A DNA stretch of 64,000 nucleotides. It comes from Anaerolineae bacterium. GTDB taxonomy: Bacteria > Chloroflexota > JAHJIN01. This document shows positions 63,376 through 64,000 of this stretch, piece after piece. The notes beneath the pieces are model-generated. The model did no database searches. It had not been told where the DNA came from and was given only the letters and a program-made list of their open reading frames with translations. How positions within the stretch are numbered: the stretch's first letter is position 1; each line of letters opens with the position of its first letter. The position numbers and the translations under genes are program-made. The stretch spans positions 13,622 through 77,621 of the forward strand of contig DAOTYG010000324.1 in the NCBI GenBank assembly GCA_034435155.1. The letters are read 5' to 3'.

Positions 63376-64000
63376 TGCCTATCAAAACCTTTGCTGAGAT
63401 CATCGAGGCGGCCAAAGCACGTGGCCCCCGACGTGTTGCCATCGCCGCCGCTCACGAGTACGAGTCCCTGTGGGCGGCCCGCCACGCCCAGGACATCGGC
63501 ATCGCCCGGTGTACCCTGATCGGCGACGTGTTCAAGATTCAAGAACTGGCCCGCCAGCACAACATAGACATCAGCGACATGGAGATCATCCACGAGCCGA
63601 CCATCGAAGGGGCCGGGCGCAAGGCGGTGGAACTGGCGAACGCCGGCAAGGCCGACATGGTCATGAAAGGCAAGATGGAGACCGCCGAGATCCTGGTCCC
63701 GGCCCTGGATAAAGAGCACGGCCTGCGCACCGGCAAAGCCCTCACCTACATCGCTGTCTTTGAGGTGCCGGGCCTGGACCGGCTCATCTTCGTCAGCGAC
63801 CCCGGCGTCATCATTGCCCCCACCATGTACCAGAAGGTGGAGATCGTCCAGAACGCCATTGACGTGGCCCAGGCCCTGGGGATCGAGCAGCCGAAGGTGG
63901 CGATCCTCACCGCTCTGGAGAACGTCAACCCCAAGATGCCGGCCACGGTGGACGCTGCCAGCCTGAGCAAGATGGCCGAGCGCGGCCAGATCAAGGGCGG
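63376..64000 (+). CDS. Phosphate acetyl/butyryltransferase (Pta/Ptb family), 5' portion; continues beyond window
   Basis: MPIKTFAEIIEAAKARGPRRVAIAAAHE... typical Ptb/Pta N-terminus; AGGAGGG RBS; runs off the window edge so absent from ORF track. Confidence 0.8.

Overview
High-GC (roughly 65-68%) bacterial chromosomal segment, gene-dense on both strands. The gene content (Ycf45-like ATPase, four-helix-bundle protein, BNR/DUF11/CARDB surface protein, tmk-darA synteny) is compatible with a Chloroflexota-like organism, but I cannot place the taxon from sequence alone. The left 13 kb is a minus-strand Tad/Flp pilus locus: two tandem cpaF ATPase paralogs, REC-cpaE, cpaB, a 1304-aa BNR/DUF11/CARDB surface protein embedded in the locus, a TadG-like protein fused to a PQQ beta-propeller, and two TadE-like genes. 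Downstream of these on the minus strand lies a fused 2Fe-2S/molybdopterin aldehyde-oxidoreductase-like gene. Further right are two tandem DUF488 genes, a 243-aa unknown gene translationally coupled to a TPR-RecQ helicase, a vapBC pair, degV-acpP-fabH, an ECF sigma/anti-sigma pair, a UbiA prenyltransferase, a Ser/Thr kinase-PiT-DUF47 operon, and housekeeping genes (glpD, FAD oxidases, pdxS/pdxT, tmk, darA, pta/ptb). The most unusual content is a 1913-aa polytopic membrane protein with an N-terminal zinc ribbon, followed by an Avd-like four-helix-bundle gene and a PrsW-like protease, all bounded by heptanucleotide repeat tracts. Also notable are a UvrC-N (GIY-YIG)-TetR fusion regulator with a perfect promoter and operator palindromes, two small accessory cassettes (DUF3800; a DUF4258/YgiT toxin-antitoxin pair) sitting inside duplicated host-gene ends, and an MNT/HepT pair. 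The window is unusually rich in repeats: hairpin arrays that look superficially like CRISPR but are not, a CCCTCCCGCAGG REP family, two MITE-like families with terminal inverted repeats, a GTCATTCTGAG family flanking fabH, and several 7-8 bp microsatellites. No rRNA, tRNA, CRISPR-cas, reverse transcriptase or integrase was recognisable. Coordinates rest on the ORF track plus manual start-codon and RBS inspection; all similarity statements come from motif recognition by eye, not database searches.
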